64,000 bases of DNA from Pseudomonadota bacterium (GTDB lineage: Bacteria; Pseudomonadota; Gammaproteobacteria; Steroidobacterales; MnTg04). Position 1 is the first letter of the stretch. Every line of letters begins with the position of its first letter. The notes beneath the pieces are model-generated. The model was given only the letters and a program-made list of their open reading frames with translations. It did not search any database and was not told where the DNA came from. Positions 17,033-27,538 of this stretch are shown piece by piece. The position numbers were made by a program, and so were the translations under genes. The stretch covers positions 74,638 to 138,637 of the forward strand of contig JACZVC010000001.1 of NCBI GenBank assembly GCA_022572885.1, given 5' to 3'.

Positions 17033-17350
17033 TTAAACGTCCACAACTTCGTTGTTCGACTTGAAGTACCGTACCTTGCGGCCGTCTTCCAAAAAGCGGA
17101 TACCTATCCGGTCGCCTTTCTTGGTTTGCGGGTTGTATAGCATCAGGTTGCTTTGTTCTATCGGCATTTCCTTATCGATAATGCCGCCCTTAACGCCGGC
17201 CTGCGGATTGGGCTTCTGGTGTTTCTTCACCATGTTGATGCCTTCGACCAGCACTCGCTCGTCATCATAGACACGCAACACGGTACCCCGGCGGCCCTTG
17301 TCCTTGCCGGTGATCACGATGATGCCATCGCCTGTTTTGATCTTTCTCAT
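17033..17350 (-). CDS. rplX: 50S ribosomal protein L24
   Basis: 105 aa, [27 protein letters not shown]... Confidence 0.95.
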   Translation of the reverse strand: MRKIKTGDGIIVITGKDKGRRGTVLRVYDDERVLVEGINMVKKHQKPNPQAGVKGGIIDKEMPIEQSNLMLYNPQTKKGDRIGIRFLEDGRKVRYFKSNNEVVDV

Positions 17351-17371
17351 AACTCTTTGCTCCGCACCCGC

Positions 17372-17740
17372 TCAAAGCACTTCAGGTGCCAGCGAAATAA
17401 TTTTCATGAACCGGCTGGTGCGCAATTCCCGGGTCACCGGGCCAAAAATACGCGTGCCAATCGGTTCCATGCGTGCATTCAGCAGCACCGCCGCGTTGCC
17501 GTCGAAACGTATCACCGACCCGTCGGGACGCCGCACGCCCTTACGGGTACGCACAACCACCGCATTGTAGATCTCGCCCTTTTTGACCTTGCCGCGTGGA
17601 ATAGCGTCCTTGACGCTGACCTTGATAATGTCGCCCACGCCGGCATAGCGGCGCTTCGATCCGCCGAGCACCTTGATGCACTGCACGCGGCGAGCCCCAC
17701 TGTTGTCTGCCGCGGTTAGTACGGTCTGCATCTGTATCAT
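17372..17740 (-). CDS. rplN: 50S ribosomal protein L14
   Basis: 122 aa, [28 protein letters not shown]... Confidence 0.95.
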   Translation of the reverse strand: MIQMQTVLTAADNSGARRVQCIKVLGGSKRRYAGVGDIIKVSVKDAIPRGKVKKGEIYNAVVVRTRKGVRRPDGSVIRFDGNAAVLLNARMEPIGTRIFGPVTRELRTSRFMKIISLAPEVL

Positions 17741-17783
17741 TGCTACGCTTCCAGTTTGCTCTGTTTAAATCCGGGTTCCCCGC

Positions 17784-18068
17784 TCAACGGCTGGGGGCCC
17801 GCTCCACGATGCTGTCCAGCCTCCAGCTCTTGTTCTTCGACAAGGGCCGGCATTCTGAAATAATTACTACATCGCCGGTATGGCACTCATTGTTTTCGTC
17901 GTGCGCCATCAGCTTGGATGTGCGCCGGATGTACTTGCCATACATCGGGTGCTTGACCAGCCGCTCCACCGAAACGGTAATTGACTTGTTCATCGCCCCG
18001 CTGACCACCTTGCCGGTTAGCGTGCGCTGCACTTTTCCCCTTTTTTCTGTGCTGTTCCCACTCATCAC
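17784..18068 (-). CDS. rpsQ: 30S ribosomal protein S17
   Basis: 94 aa, ...[54 protein letters not shown]... Confidence 0.93.
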   Translation of the reverse strand: MMSGNSTEKRGKVQRTLTGKVVSGAMNKSITVSVERLVKHPMYGKYIRRTSKLMAHDENNECHTGDVVIISECRPLSKNKSWRLDSIVERAPSR

Positions 18069-18283
18069 GAATCATCCTTTGACTGGCTCGATACCCGCCG
18101 CTGCTCGCCCATCACAGTTTTCAGCCGCGCGATATCCTTACGAACCTTACGGAACTGATCAGGCTTCGCCAGTTGCCCGGACGCTCGCTGCATGCGCAGG
18201 TTGAACTGCTCGCGCCGCAGTTTGATCAGTTCTTCCTGTAACTCGGCAGCGTTCTTGCTGCGAAATTCGCCTGCCTTCATCAC
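18065..18283 (-). CDS. rpmC: 50S ribosomal protein L29
   Basis: 72 aa, ...[25 protein letters not shown]...; it overlaps rplP and rpsQ by 4 nt each. Confidence 0.93.
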   Translation of the reverse strand: MMKAGEFRSKNAAELQEELIKLRREQFNLRMQRASGQLAKPDQFRKVRKDIARLKTVMGEQRRVSSQSKDDS

Positions 18284-18693
18284 ATCACCTGCCTAGTGAC
18301 GAAAGTCGTGGCAATCGGCAGCTTGGCTGCCGCCAGGCGAAATGCCTCGCGCGCCACATCTTCCGCCACCCCTTCCATTTCGTACAAAACCCGACCCGGC
18401 TGAATCTGGGCTACCCAGTATTCAACGTTACCCTTGCCCTTGCCCTGGCGAACCTCCAGCGGTTTCTTGGTAATCGGCTTATCCGGGAAAACCCGGATCC
18501 AGATCTTGCCGCCGCGTTTCACGTGGCGGGTCATCGCACGCCGCGCCGCCTCGATCTGCCGCGCGGTCAACCGCCCTCGTCCGATGGCCTTCAGGCCAAA
18601 CACACCAAAAGCGACCGTGTTGCCGCGCTGGGCGAGACCCCGGTTCTTACCTTTCATCTGTTTGCGGAATTTGGTCCGCTTCGGCTGTAACAT
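18280..18693 (-). CDS. rplP: 50S ribosomal protein L16
   Basis: 137 aa, [21 protein letters not shown]... Confidence 0.95.
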   Translation of the reverse strand: MLQPKRTKFRKQMKGKNRGLAQRGNTVAFGVFGLKAIGRGRLTARQIEAARRAMTRHVKRGGKIWIRVFPDKPITKKPLEVRQGKGKGNVEYWVAQIQPGRVLYEMEGVAEDVAREAFRLAAAKLPIATTFVTRQVM

Positions 18694-18724
18694 TTCTCAG
18701 CTGCTCCTCAAACCAGCGACGCCA

Positions 18725-19405
18725 TCAAGCGGCGTTGTCGGCGGCTTCGCTACCGGTATCAGCGGTATCGAAAATTTCGCCTTTAAAAATCCAGACCTTT
18801 ACACCGATAACTCCATAGGTCGTTTTGGCTTCGGCCAGGCCGTAATCGATATCGGCACGCAGTGTGTGCAGCGGCACACGACCTTCGCGGTACCACTCGC
18901 TGCGAGCGATCTCCGCGCCATTGAGGCGGCCGGCTACTTTCACCTTGATGCCCAGGGCGCCCAGGCGCATCGTATTGGTTACCGCGCGCTTCATCGCGCG
19001 GCGGAACATCACGCGGCGCACGAGTTGCTGTGCGATACCTTCGGCGACCAGCTTTGCGTCCAGCTCAGGTTTGCGAATTTCAGCAATCCTGATTTTTACG
19101 TCCTGAATCTTCAGGTCGAGCAACTTGGCGATATCGTTGCGCAGCTTCTCGATGTCTTCACCTTTCTTGCCAATCACGATGCCGGGACGGGCCGTGTGAA
19201 TGGTGATGTGCGTTACCTTGTTAGCCGGACGTTCGATCTGGATACGGCTGACCGACGCTTCCGCCAGGCGTTTGTTCAGAAACTCCCTGACCTTGTGATC
19301 TGCGGCGACATTCCCGGCGAAATGCGCGCTGTCTGCATACCAGGTGGACAACCAGTCCTTGGTAATGCCAAGTCGAATCCCGATCGGATGTACTTTTTGC
19401 CCCAT
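18725..19405 (-). CDS. rpsC: 30S ribosomal protein S3
   Basis: 226 aa, [18 protein letters not shown]... Confidence 0.95.
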   Translation of the reverse strand: MGQKVHPIGIRLGITKDWLSTWYADSAHFAGNVAADHKVREFLNKRLAEASVSRIQIERPANKVTHITIHTARPGIVIGKKGEDIEKLRNDIAKLLDLKIQDVKIRIAEIRKPELDAKLVAEGIAQQLVRRVMFRRAMKRAVTNTMRLGALGIKVKVAGRLNGAEIARSEWYREGRVPLHTLRADIDYGLAEAKTTYGVIGVKVWIFKGEIFDTADTGSEAADNAA

Positions 19406-19419
19406 TACGGCTTCTCTCT

Positions 19420-19752
19420 TTACTCGTCCGCAACCTGGACGGTGATGTGACTGTTGCGTTTGATAATTCTCGCGCCACGGCCCTTTGCCCGCGCCCGGAA
19501 TCGCTTGAGGGTCGGCGCTTCATCTACCATCACGCCCGAAATCCGCAATTCATCGATGTCGGCGCCGTGATTGTGCTCTGCATTTGCGATTGCCGATTCC
19601 AACACCTTTTTCAGGATCCGCGCGGCCTTCTTCGGCATAAAAGCCAAGGTCTGCAGCGCTGTTGCAACCGGTTGGCCGCGCACGGCATCGGCTACCAGAC
19701 GGCATTTCTGCGGTGAGATCCGCGCATGCCGTAATTTTGCTGCTACCCGCAT
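19420..19752 (-). CDS. rplV: 50S ribosomal protein L22
   Basis: 110 aa, ...[29 protein letters not shown]... Confidence 0.95.
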   Translation of the reverse strand: MRVAAKLRHARISPQKCRLVADAVRGQPVATALQTLAFMPKKAARILKKVLESAIANAEHNHGADIDELRISGVMVDEAPTLKRFRARAKGRGARIIKRNSHITVQVADE

Positions 19753-19768
19753 TCTCCCGACTCCTCGA

Positions 19769-20038
19769 TTAAGTCTTCTTGTCGCCCGAGTGACCCCTGA
19801 AAGTCCGGGTCATTGCGAATTCGCCAAGCTTGTGGCCGACCATGTTTTCGGAAATCAGCACCGGCACGTGTTGACGGCCGTTATGAACGGCGATCGTCAG
19901 GCCCACCATGTCAGGCAACACCATGGAACGACGCGACCAGGTCTTGATCGGCCGGCGGCTGTTGCTGGCTACTGCTGCCTCTACCTTTTTGGCGAGGTGC
20001 GCATCCACAAAAGGACCTTTTTTGACTGAGCGTGGCAC
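19769..20038 (-). CDS. rpsS: 30S ribosomal protein S19
   Basis: 89 aa, [20 protein letters not shown]... Confidence 0.95.
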   Translation of the reverse strand: MPRSVKKGPFVDAHLAKKVEAAVASNSRRPIKTWSRRSMVLPDMVGLTIAVHNGRQHVPVLISENMVGHKLGEFAMTRTFRGHSGDKKT

Positions 20039-20062
20039 AGTGACTTCCTCTGATTAAGCTGC

Positions 20063-20890
20063 TTATTTTTTCTTGCGGCGACGGACGATCATGCTGTCCG
20101 TACGCTTGTTACTACGTGTCTTGTAACCCTTGGTCGGCACGCCCCATGGCGAGACCGGGTGACGACCACCAGAGGTACGCCCTTCGCCGCCACCGTGTGG
20201 GTGATCGACCGGGTTCATCGCCACACCGCGGACGGTCGGGCGCACCCCGCGCCAGCGGCTGGCTCCCGCCTTGCCCAGCTTGCGCAGGTTGTGTTCGTAA
20301 TGGCCGACTTCGCCGATCGTCGCGCGGCAGTTGGCCAGCACCTTGCGCATTTCTCCAGAGCGCAGGCGCAGTGTTGCGTGGGCGCCTTCGCGGGCAACCA
20401 ACTGTGCCGATGAGCCAGCGCTGCGGGCAAGCTGGGCGCCCTTGCCCAGTTTGAGCTCCACGCAATGCACCAGCGAGCCGACCGGTATGTAGCGCAACGG
20501 CAGAGCGTTGCCCGTCTTGATCGGCGCCTCCCGGCCGGCCATGATCTGATCGCCTTGTTGCATGCCTTTCGCCGCAATGATGTAGCGCCGCTCACCGTCG
20601 GCGTACAGCACCAGCGCGATGTGCGCGGTGCGGTTCGGATCGTATTCGATCCTCTCGACCTTGCCGGGCACACCATCCTTGTCGCGCTTGAAATCGATAA
20701 TGCGATAGCGCTGCTTATGGCCACCACCCTGATGGCGAACCGTAATCCGCCCCTGGTTGTTGCGACCGCCCGTCTTGCTCTTGGGCGCCAGCAAAGGACC
20801 GTGAGGCTCGCCCTTATGCAGCCCGGTGTTCTTTACGCGAACAACGAAGCGGCGTCCGGCTGATGTTGGTTTTGCTTTTTGCAATGCCAT
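20063..20890 (-). CDS. rplB: 50S ribosomal protein L2
   Basis: 275 aa, ...[28 protein letters not shown]...[13 protein letters not shown]... Confidence 0.95.
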   Translation of the reverse strand: MALQKAKPTSAGRRFVVRVKNTGLHKGEPHGPLLAPKSKTGGRNNQGRITVRHQGGGHKQRYRIIDFKRDKDGVPGKVERIEYDPNRTAHIALVLYADGERRYIIAAKGMQQGDQIMAGREAPIKTGNALPLRYIPVGSLVHCVELKLGKGAQLARSAGSSAQLVAREGAHATLRLRSGEMRKVLANCRATIGEVGHYEHNLRKLGKAGASRWRGVRPTVRGVAMNPVDHPHGGGEGRTSGGRHPVSPWGVPTKGYKTRSNKRTDSMIVRRRKKK

Positions 20891-20932
20891 AACTTTAGCT
20901 CTGTATCGTTAACCTTTTGCCAGAACCCGTTT

Positions 20933-21229
20933 TTATTCCGGATTCAGAAAATCAATATCGTGGCCTTCGGCCAGCTTTACGTAGGCCTTCTTCCAATCCG
21001 ACCGGCGTCCCGGAGTCTGGCCAAACCGCTTGGCCTTACCCTTGACATTGACCACGGTGACGTTTTCAACCTTGACTTCGAACAGCAGTTCGACCGCCTT
21101 GCGAATTTCCGCCTTTTTGGCGTCGGTGCGCACCCGAAACGCGACCTGGTTATGCTTTTCCGCCACCCGGGTGGTCTTTTCGGAAACGTGCGGCCCGAGC
21201 AGGATTGTCATCAGTCTTTCCTGGCTCAT
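20933..21229 (-). CDS. rplW: 50S ribosomal protein L23
   Basis: 98 aa, ...[24 protein letters not shown]... Confidence 0.95.
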   Translation of the reverse strand: MSQERLMTILLGPHVSEKTTRVAEKHNQVAFRVRTDAKKAEIRKAVELLFEVKVENVTVVNVKGKAKRFGQTPGRRSDWKKAYVKLAEGHDIDFLNPE

Positions 21230-21843
21230 CGCAGGCGCTCCTCGATCATTTTGACCGCCGGAACGGTGATCAGCACCTTTTCGAAACGCACGAGGCTGAC
21301 CGGATCCAGTGCCGTCGCATCCAGCACATCGACGTTGTGAAGGTTGCGCGCGGCCAGAAACACATTTTCATCAAAGGCTTCAATAATGATCAGGACATTG
21401 TCCAGACCGAACTCCTTCAGCTTCTGCACCAGCAGTTTCGTTTTCGGCTCTGCAAGCTCCAGCGTGTCGATAACGACCAGCCGATCCTGACGGACCAGCT
21501 CGGACAGCATCGAACGAATCGCGCTGCGATACATCTTGCGGTTGACCTTCTGGCTGTGGTCACGTGTCTTGGCGGCAAATGTGCGCCCGCCGCCGACCCA
21601 GATCGGGCTGCGGATCGTGCCCGCGCGTGCCCGGCCCGTGCCTTTCTGGCGCCAGGGCTTGGCGCCGCCGCCGCGTGCGGAAGAGCGGTTTTTCTGCCCC
21701 TTGGTGCCGCTGCGCGCACCGGCCATGTACGCTGTGACCACCTGGTGGATCAGTGCTTCATTAAATTTGCTGCCAAAAGCCGTTTCGGAAACCTGGATAT
21801 CGGAACCGCCTGCAGCCTTGTGCAATTTCAGTTTCATAGCCAT
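21226..21843 (-). CDS. rplD: 50S ribosomal protein L4
   Basis: 205 aa, ...[40 protein letters not shown]... Confidence 0.95.
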   Translation of the reverse strand: MAMKLKLHKAAGGSDIQVSETAFGSKFNEALIHQVVTAYMAGARSGTKGQKNRSSARGGGAKPWRQKGTGRARAGTIRSPIWVGGGRTFAAKTRDHSQKVNRKMYRSAIRSMLSELVRQDRLVVIDTLELAEPKTKLLVQKLKEFGLDNVLIIIEAFDENVFLAARNLHNVDVLDATALDPVSLVRFEKVLITVPAVKMIEERLR

Positions 21844-21846
21844 GCC

Positions 21847-22491
21847 CTACTTCCCGCCTTTGACCGCCGGACGAATGATCACGTCGCCGCCGGCATTACC
21901 CGGGACAGCTCCCTTGACCAGCAGCAGGTTGCGCTCCACATCCACGCGAACCACTTCCAGGTTCTGCGAGGTGCGGCGCACGTTGCCCATGTGCCCAGCC
22001 ATTTTCTTGCCCTTGAATACGCGGCCCGGGGTCTGGTTCTGACCGATGGAGCCCGGGGCCCGGTGGGCCAGCGAGTTACCGTGGGTCGCGTCCTGCATTT
22101 GGAAATGATGCCGCTTGATAACGCCAGCGTAACCTTTACCGATGGAGGTACCCTCGACATCGACTTTCTGGCCATTTTCGAAAAAATCGACCTTTATTTC
22201 GGACCCGGCTGGAAAATCGGCTCCTTCGTCGTTTTGCAGGCGGAATTCCCACAGACCGCGGCCCAGCTCCTGCCCGGCCTTGGCGAAGTGTCCGGCAATG
22301 GCTTTACTGACATGCGAGAGCTTGCGCGTACCGGTGGTGACCTGGAGCGCGCGATAGCCGTCGTTTTCCACGGTCTTTACCTGGGTGACCCGATTCGGCA
22401 ACGCCTCAATGACGGTGACCGGAATCGATACTCCGGCGTCCGTAAACACGCGAGTCATACCGCATTTGCGGCCAACCAGACCAAGTGCCAT
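21847..22491 (-). CDS. rplC: 50S ribosomal protein L3
   Basis: 214 aa, [29 protein letters not shown]... Confidence 0.95.
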   Translation of the reverse strand: MALGLVGRKCGMTRVFTDAGVSIPVTVIEALPNRVTQVKTVENDGYRALQVTTGTRKLSHVSKAIAGHFAKAGQELGRGLWEFRLQNDEGADFPAGSEIKVDFFENGQKVDVEGTSIGKGYAGVIKRHHFQMQDATHGNSLAHRAPGSIGQNQTPGRVFKGKKMAGHMGNVRRTSQNLEVVRVDVERNLLLVKGAVPGNAGGDVIIRPAVKGGK

Positions 22492-22658
22492 TGTCCTGTT
22501 CCTCTACACCGTGCCGACTTCGATTGGCCAGCACTGACTACAAAAAAAGCGCCCGCTCCAGGCGGCAAAACTCCGCCGGGCGGCCGTCAAATAGCTGGCC
22601 CGACGCAGATTTACCGCGCCGGGCCAAAAAGAGCCCGGTATTATAGCAGGAAAACCCG
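22492..22658 (-). promoter_or_regulatory. structured 167-nt spacer between rpsJ and rplC with a terminator/attenuator-like GC hairpin plus T7 run
   Basis: The minus strand reads ...ccgggctctttttggcccgg...gcccggcggagttttgccgcctggagcgggcgcTTTTTTTg. The hairpins are ccgggc/gcccgg and ggcgg/ccgcc (forward 22561-22565/22573-22577). The T-run is forward A-run 22542-22548. A tataat-like ctgctataat lies just after the rpsJ stop. Confidence 0.3.
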
Positions 22659-22973
22659 CTAGTTCAATTTAATCTGGACGTCCACACCCGCCGGCAATTC
22701 AAGCTTCATCAGTGCATCCACGGTCTTGTCGGTCGGGTCCACGATGTCCATCAGCCGCTTGTGGGTGCGCAGCTCGTACTGGTCCCTGGCGTCCTTGTTA
22801 ACATGGGGCGAAATCAGCACCGTAAAGCGCTCCATCTTGGTCGGCAAAGGCACCGGACCTTTCACGTGGGCGCCAGTCCGCTTCGCTGTTTCGACAATTT
22901 CCCTGGCCGAGGTATCGATCAGCCTGTGATCGAACGATTTCAGCCGTATACGGATATTCTGATTGCTTGCCAT
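22659..22973 (-). CDS. rpsJ: 30S ribosomal protein S10
   Basis: 104 aa, [35 protein letters not shown]... Confidence 0.95.
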   Translation of the reverse strand: MASNQNIRIRLKSFDHRLIDTSAREIVETAKRTGAHVKGPVPLPTKMERFTVLISPHVNKDARDQYELRTHKRLMDIVDPTDKTVDALMKLELPAGVDVQIKLN

Positions 22974-22994
22974 GTCTGTCTCTCGTTTGCCTGT

Positions 22995-24185
22995 TTACTC
23001 GATGATCTTGGCGACGACGCCGGCGCCGACGGTCCGGCCACCCTCACGGATGGCAAAGCGCAGACCCTCTTCCATGGCGATCGGTGCAATCAACTCAACC
23101 GTGACCTGCACATTGTCGCCCGGCATCACCATCTCGGTGCCATCGGGCAGGTATACCGCGCCGGTGACATCGGTGGTCCGAAAATAAAACTGCGGCCTAT
23201 AGCCTTTGAAAAACGGCGTGTGACGACCGCCTTCTTCCTTGGTCAGCACATACACCTCGGCTTCAAACTTGGTGTGCGGGTGGATCGAACCCGGCTTCGC
23301 CAGCACCTGGCCGCGCTCCACTTCCTCGCGCTTGGTGCCGCGCAGCAAAACCCCCACGTTGTCGCCAGCCATCCCCTCGTCGAGCAGCTTGCGGAACATC
23401 TCTACACCGGTACAGGTGGTCTTGGTGGTCTCGTTGATCCCGACGATCTCCACCTCGTCGCCCACATGCACAACCCCGCGGTCGAGACGCCCGGTCTCCA
23501 CCGTGCCGCGACCGGAAATCGAAAACACATCCTCGACCGGCATCAGGAAATCACCGTCGATCGCACGCTCGGGCAAGGGAATATAGCGGTCCATTTCCTC
23601 AACCAGCTTCAATACGCTGGCTACGCCGATATCGCTGTCGTCGCCTTCCAGCGCCTTCAGCGCCGAACCCACCACGATCGGCGTGTCATCGCCCGGGAAC
23701 TCGTAAATCGACAGCAGCTCACGGATCTCCATCTCCACCAGCTCGATCAGCTCGGCGTCATCCACCATGTCCGCCTTATTCATATACACCAGGATGTACG
23801 GCACGCCCACCTGGCGGGCCAGCAGGATATGCTCGCGGGTCTGCGGCATCGGGCCATCGGCCGCCGAGACCACCAAAATCGCGCCATCCATCTGCGCCGC
23901 CCCGGTGATCATGTTCTTCACGTAATCGGCATGACCCGGGCAGTCAACGTGGGCGTAATGCCGATTTGCGCTCTCGTACTCCACGTGCGCCGTCGCGATC
24001 GTGATCCCCCGCGCCTTCTCTTCCGGTGCATTGTCAATCTGATCATACGCACGATACTCGCCGCCGTGCTTCTCAGCCATCAGCTTGGTCAATGCCGCCG
24101 TCAGCGTCGTCTTGCCATGATCCACATGACCAATCGTGCCTACGTTGATATGCGGCTTCGTACGTTCAAATTTTTCCTTGGACAC
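22995..24185 (-). CDS. tufA: elongation factor Tu (copy next to fusA)
   Basis: 396 aa, [32 protein letters not shown]... It lies 21 nt upstream of rpsJ and follows fusA. Confidence 0.95.
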   Translation of the reverse strand: MSKEKFERTKPHINVGTIGHVDHGKTTLTAALTKLMAEKHGGEYRAYDQIDNAPEEKARGITIATAHVEYESANRHYAHVDCPGHADYVKNMITGAAQMDGAILVVSAADGPMPQTREHILLARQVGVPYILVYMNKADMVDDAELIELVEMEIRELLSIYEFPGDDTPIVVGSALKALEGDDSDIGVASVLKLVEEMDRYIPLPERAIDGDFLMPVEDVFSISGRGTVETGRLDRGVVHVGDEVEIVGINETTKTTCTGVEMFRKLLDEGMAGDNVGVLLRGTKREEVERGQVLAKPGSIHPHTKFEAEVYVLTKEEGGRHTPFFKGYRPQFYFRTTDVTGAVYLPDGTEMVMPGDNVQVTVELIAPIAMEEGLRFAIREGGRTVGAGVVAKIIE

Positions 24186-24241
24186 GATGCACCTCTGCTT
24201 TGTCTGGTGTGTCTGTGTTTTGCTCTGTAAAACCGTCTTGC

Positions 24242-26335
24242 TCAGGACGCTTTTTTAATGACGTCGTCCGCCACGCTATGCGGCACCTGGGCGTACTTGG
24301 CGAACTCCATCGTGTAAGTCGCGCGGCCCTGTGACATGGAGCGCAGCGTAGTCGCGTAGCCGAACATCTCGGCCAGCGGCACCTCGGCACGGATCAGCTT
24401 GCCGGCGGGGCTGTCTTCCATGCCCGATGGCTGGCCACGACGGCGGTTAAGGTCGCCCATTACGTCGCCCATGTAGTCCTCCGGCGATACCACCTCTACC
24501 GCCATGATCGGCTCGAGCAACACCGGGTCGGCCTTGAGCGCGCCATCCCTGAACGCCATTGAACCGGCGATCTTGAACGCCATCTCACTCGAGTCGACGT
24601 CGTGATAGGAACCGTCGTAAAGGGTTACTTTGCAATCGACGACCGGATACCCGGCGATTACGCCATTACACATTTGTTCCTGGATGCCCTTGTCCACGGC
24701 ATTGATGTATTCCTTCGGAACCGAACCGCCGACGATGGCGTTCTCAAATTCATAACCGGAGCCGGGCTCGACTGGCTCGATCCGGATATACACGTGACCA
24801 TACTGACCGCGGCCGCCGGATTGCCGAATAAACTTGCCTTGCTGTTCGACCATCGTACGAATGGTTTCGCGATAGGCCACCTGGGGCCTGCCAACATTGG
24901 ATTCCACGTTAAATTCACGGCGCATGCGGTCAACGATGATATCGAGGTGCAGTTCGCCCATGCCCGAGATGATGGTCTGGCCCGATTCCTCATCGGTATG
25001 CACCCTGAACGACGGGTCTTCCTTGGCCAGTTTGCTAAGCGCCATACCCATCTTTTCCTGATCGGCCTTGGTTTTCGGTTCGACCGCAACGGCGATGACC
25101 GGCTCCGGGAATTCCATGCGTTCCAGCGTGATTATGTGCTTTGGATCGGACAGCGTATCGCCCGTGTTGACATCCTTCAGGCCGACCGCAGCAGCTATAT
25201 CGCCAGCAAATACTTCCTTGATTTCGGTACGATCGTTGGCGTGCATCTGCAAAATCCGGCCAATCCGCTCTTTGCGGCCCTTGACCGGGTTGTAAACCGT
25301 GTCGCCCGACTTGAGCACACCCGAATAAACGCGGAAAAAGGTCAGCGAACCGACGAACGGGTCGGTGGCAATCTTGAACGCCAGCGCCGCAAACGGCTGA
25401 TCGTCATCCGCTGGGCGCTCTTCTTTCTCACCGTTCTCCAACTCGCCCTGGATGGCCGCCACATCGATCGGCGAAGGCAGCAACTCGATAATTATGTCCA
25501 GCACCGCCTGTACGCCCTTGTTTTTGAACGCGGAACCACAGACAGTTGGTACGATTTCGTTGTTAATGGTGCGCCGGCGCAGGCCACGAACAATTTCTTC
25601 GCGGCTCAGGTCGCCCTCTTCGATGTATTTCTCGAGCAAAACCTCGTCGGCCTCGGCTGCGGCCTCGACCATGATCTCGCGCCATTTCTCGGCAGCCGCC
25701 CGCATTTCTTCGGGAATCTCGCGTGCCTCATAACTGGTGCCCTGGGTTGAATCGTCCCAGTAGATCGCCTTCATCTGCAGCAAGTCGATGACGCCTTCGA
25801 AATGCTCCTCGGCGCCGATCGGGATCTGCAAGGCAACCGGGTTGCCGCCAAGACGCTCCTTGATCTGCTGAAGGACACGAAAAAAGTCGGCGCCGGCCCG
25901 GTCCATCTTGTTGATAAAAGCCATGCGCGGCACGCCATACTTGTTGGCCTGACGCCAAACCGTTTCCGACTGGGGTTCGACCCCGCCGACCGAACAGAAC
26001 ACCGCGACAGCGCTGTCCAGCACGCGCAGTGAACGCTCGACCTCGATCGTAAAATCAACGTGTCCGGGTGTATCGATAATATTGATCCGGTGCTCCGGGA
26101 ACTGCTTGTTCATCCCGGACCAGAAACAGGTCGTCGCCGCCGAGGTAATGGTGATCCCCCGTTCCTGCTCCTGTTCCATCCAATCCATGACAGCAGCCCC
26201 ATCGTGCACTTCACCGATCTTGTGGGAGACACCGGTATAAAACAGGATGCGCTCGGTCGTCGTCGTCTTGCCCGCATCAATATGGGCCATGATGCCGATA
26301 TTGCGGTAGCGATCGATGGGCGTGGTCCGTGGCAC
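24242..26335 (-). CDS. fusA: elongation factor G
   Basis: 697 aa, ...[26 protein letters not shown]... Confidence 0.95.
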   Translation of the reverse strand: MPRTTPIDRYRNIGIMAHIDAGKTTTTERILFYTGVSHKIGEVHDGAAVMDWMEQEQERGITITSAATTCFWSGMNKQFPEHRINIIDTPGHVDFTIEVERSLRVLDSAVAVFCSVGGVEPQSETVWRQANKYGVPRMAFINKMDRAGADFFRVLQQIKERLGGNPVALQIPIGAEEHFEGVIDLLQMKAIYWDDSTQGTSYEAREIPEEMRAAAEKWREIMVEAAAEADEVLLEKYIEEGDLSREEIVRGLRRRTINNEIVPTVCGSAFKNKGVQAVLDIIIELLPSPIDVAAIQGELENGEKEERPADDDQPFAALAFKIATDPFVGSLTFFRVYSGVLKSGDTVYNPVKGRKERIGRILQMHANDRTEIKEVFAGDIAAAVGLKDVNTGDTLSDPKHIITLERMEFPEPVIAVAVEPKTKADQEKMGMALSKLAKEDPSFRVHTDEESGQTIISGMGELHLDIIVDRMRREFNVESNVGRPQVAYRETIRTMVEQQGKFIRQSGGRGQYGHVYIRIEPVEPGSGYEFENAIVGGSVPKEYINAVDKGIQEQMCNGVIAGYPVVDCKVTLYDGSYHDVDSSEMAFKIAGSMAFRDGALKADPVLLEPIMAVEVVSPEDYMGDVMGDLNRRRGQPSGMEDSPAGKLIRAEVPLAEMFGYATTLRSMSQGRATYTMEFAKYAQVPHSVADDVIKKAS

Positions 26336-26366
26336 TATCCGTTCCTCTGTAAGCTAAAGCGCTGGT

Positions 26367-26849
<483 letters not shown>

Positions 26850-26893
26850 TCAATACTCTTTAACTGTTGGTGGGGACTGCTTTCTTGCCGCTG

Positions 26894-27268
26894 TCAGGAC
26901 TTGGGTTTCTTGGCGCCGTACTTGGAGCGGCCCTTGCGCCGGTCGGATACACCGGCGCAATCCAGGGTTCCCCGAATCGTGTGGTAACGGACACCCGGCA
27001 AATCCTTGACCCGGCCACCTCGAATCAGAACCACCGAGTGCTCCTGGAGGTTATGCCCTTCGCCACCGATGTAACTGGTCACTTCAAAACCATTGGTCAG
27101 GCGGACCCGGGCCACTTTCCGCAGAGCCGAGTTCGGCTTCTTCGGCGTTGTCGTGTAGACACGCGTACACACGCCACGCTTTTGCGGGCTGGCTTCGAGA
27201 GCCGGAACCGTGCTTTTCGCAACCCGCTTTTTGCGCGCCTTGCGGACCAATTGATTTACTGTCGCCAT
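26894..27268 (-). CDS. rpsL: 30S ribosomal protein S12
   Basis: 124 aa, [52 protein letters not shown]... Confidence 0.95.
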   Translation of the reverse strand: MATVNQLVRKARKKRVAKSTVPALEASPQKRGVCTRVYTTTPKKPNSALRKVARVRLTNGFEVTSYIGGEGHNLQEHSVVLIRGGRVKDLPGVRYHTIRGTLDCAGVSDRRKGRSKYGAKKPKS

Positions 27269-27447
27269 GCTCTTTACTCTTTATTTGACGCGCTTTCAGG
27301 CGCACCTGTAAAACGATCTCCGCCGGCATCCGAAACCGAAAATATCCAAGCGGAGACACAGCGAGCCGCCTAAATCGGCGGCTCGTGAAATCCCTTAAAC
27401 AAGCGCACAGATCGGCCCCAGCCGACCTGCCTGGTTAAGATGCGCGA

Positions 27448-27476
27448 ATTTTATGAACCGGCCCCCCGGGTGTCAA
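27448..27476 (-). promoter_or_regulatory. sigma70-type promoter of the rpsL (str) operon
   Basis: The minus strand reads TTGACA (27476-27471) - 17 nt - TAAAAT (27453-27448), about 180 nt upstream of the rpsL ATG. Confidence 0.5.
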
Positions 27477-27538
27477 GCAAAGTCGGGCGAAAAACCCCCA
27501 ACTCCACACTCGCCCCGGAACCGGTTTGCCAGCCGGCC

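Noticed and set aside
21205-22662. 485-aa + ORF opposite rplD/rplC.
   Set aside because: It is antisense to two unambiguous ribosomal protein genes and their spacer and has no recognisable domain. It is a GC-rich shadow frame.
22993-24190. The 1.2-kb direct repeat (second copy 39728-40925) as a possible mobile element or assembly duplication.
   Set aside because: The repeat boundaries coincide with the tuf start and stop codons, and both copies sit in the canonical tufA and tufB contexts. It is the normal tuf paralogue pair.
22761-24230. 489-aa + ORF, with its twin 39499..41049 (516 aa), antisense to tufA and tufB.
   Set aside because: These are shadow ORFs of the highly expressed, codon-biased tuf genes. 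The second runs through tRNA-Trp and tRNA-Thr. Their sequence is low-complexity H/R/L-rich.
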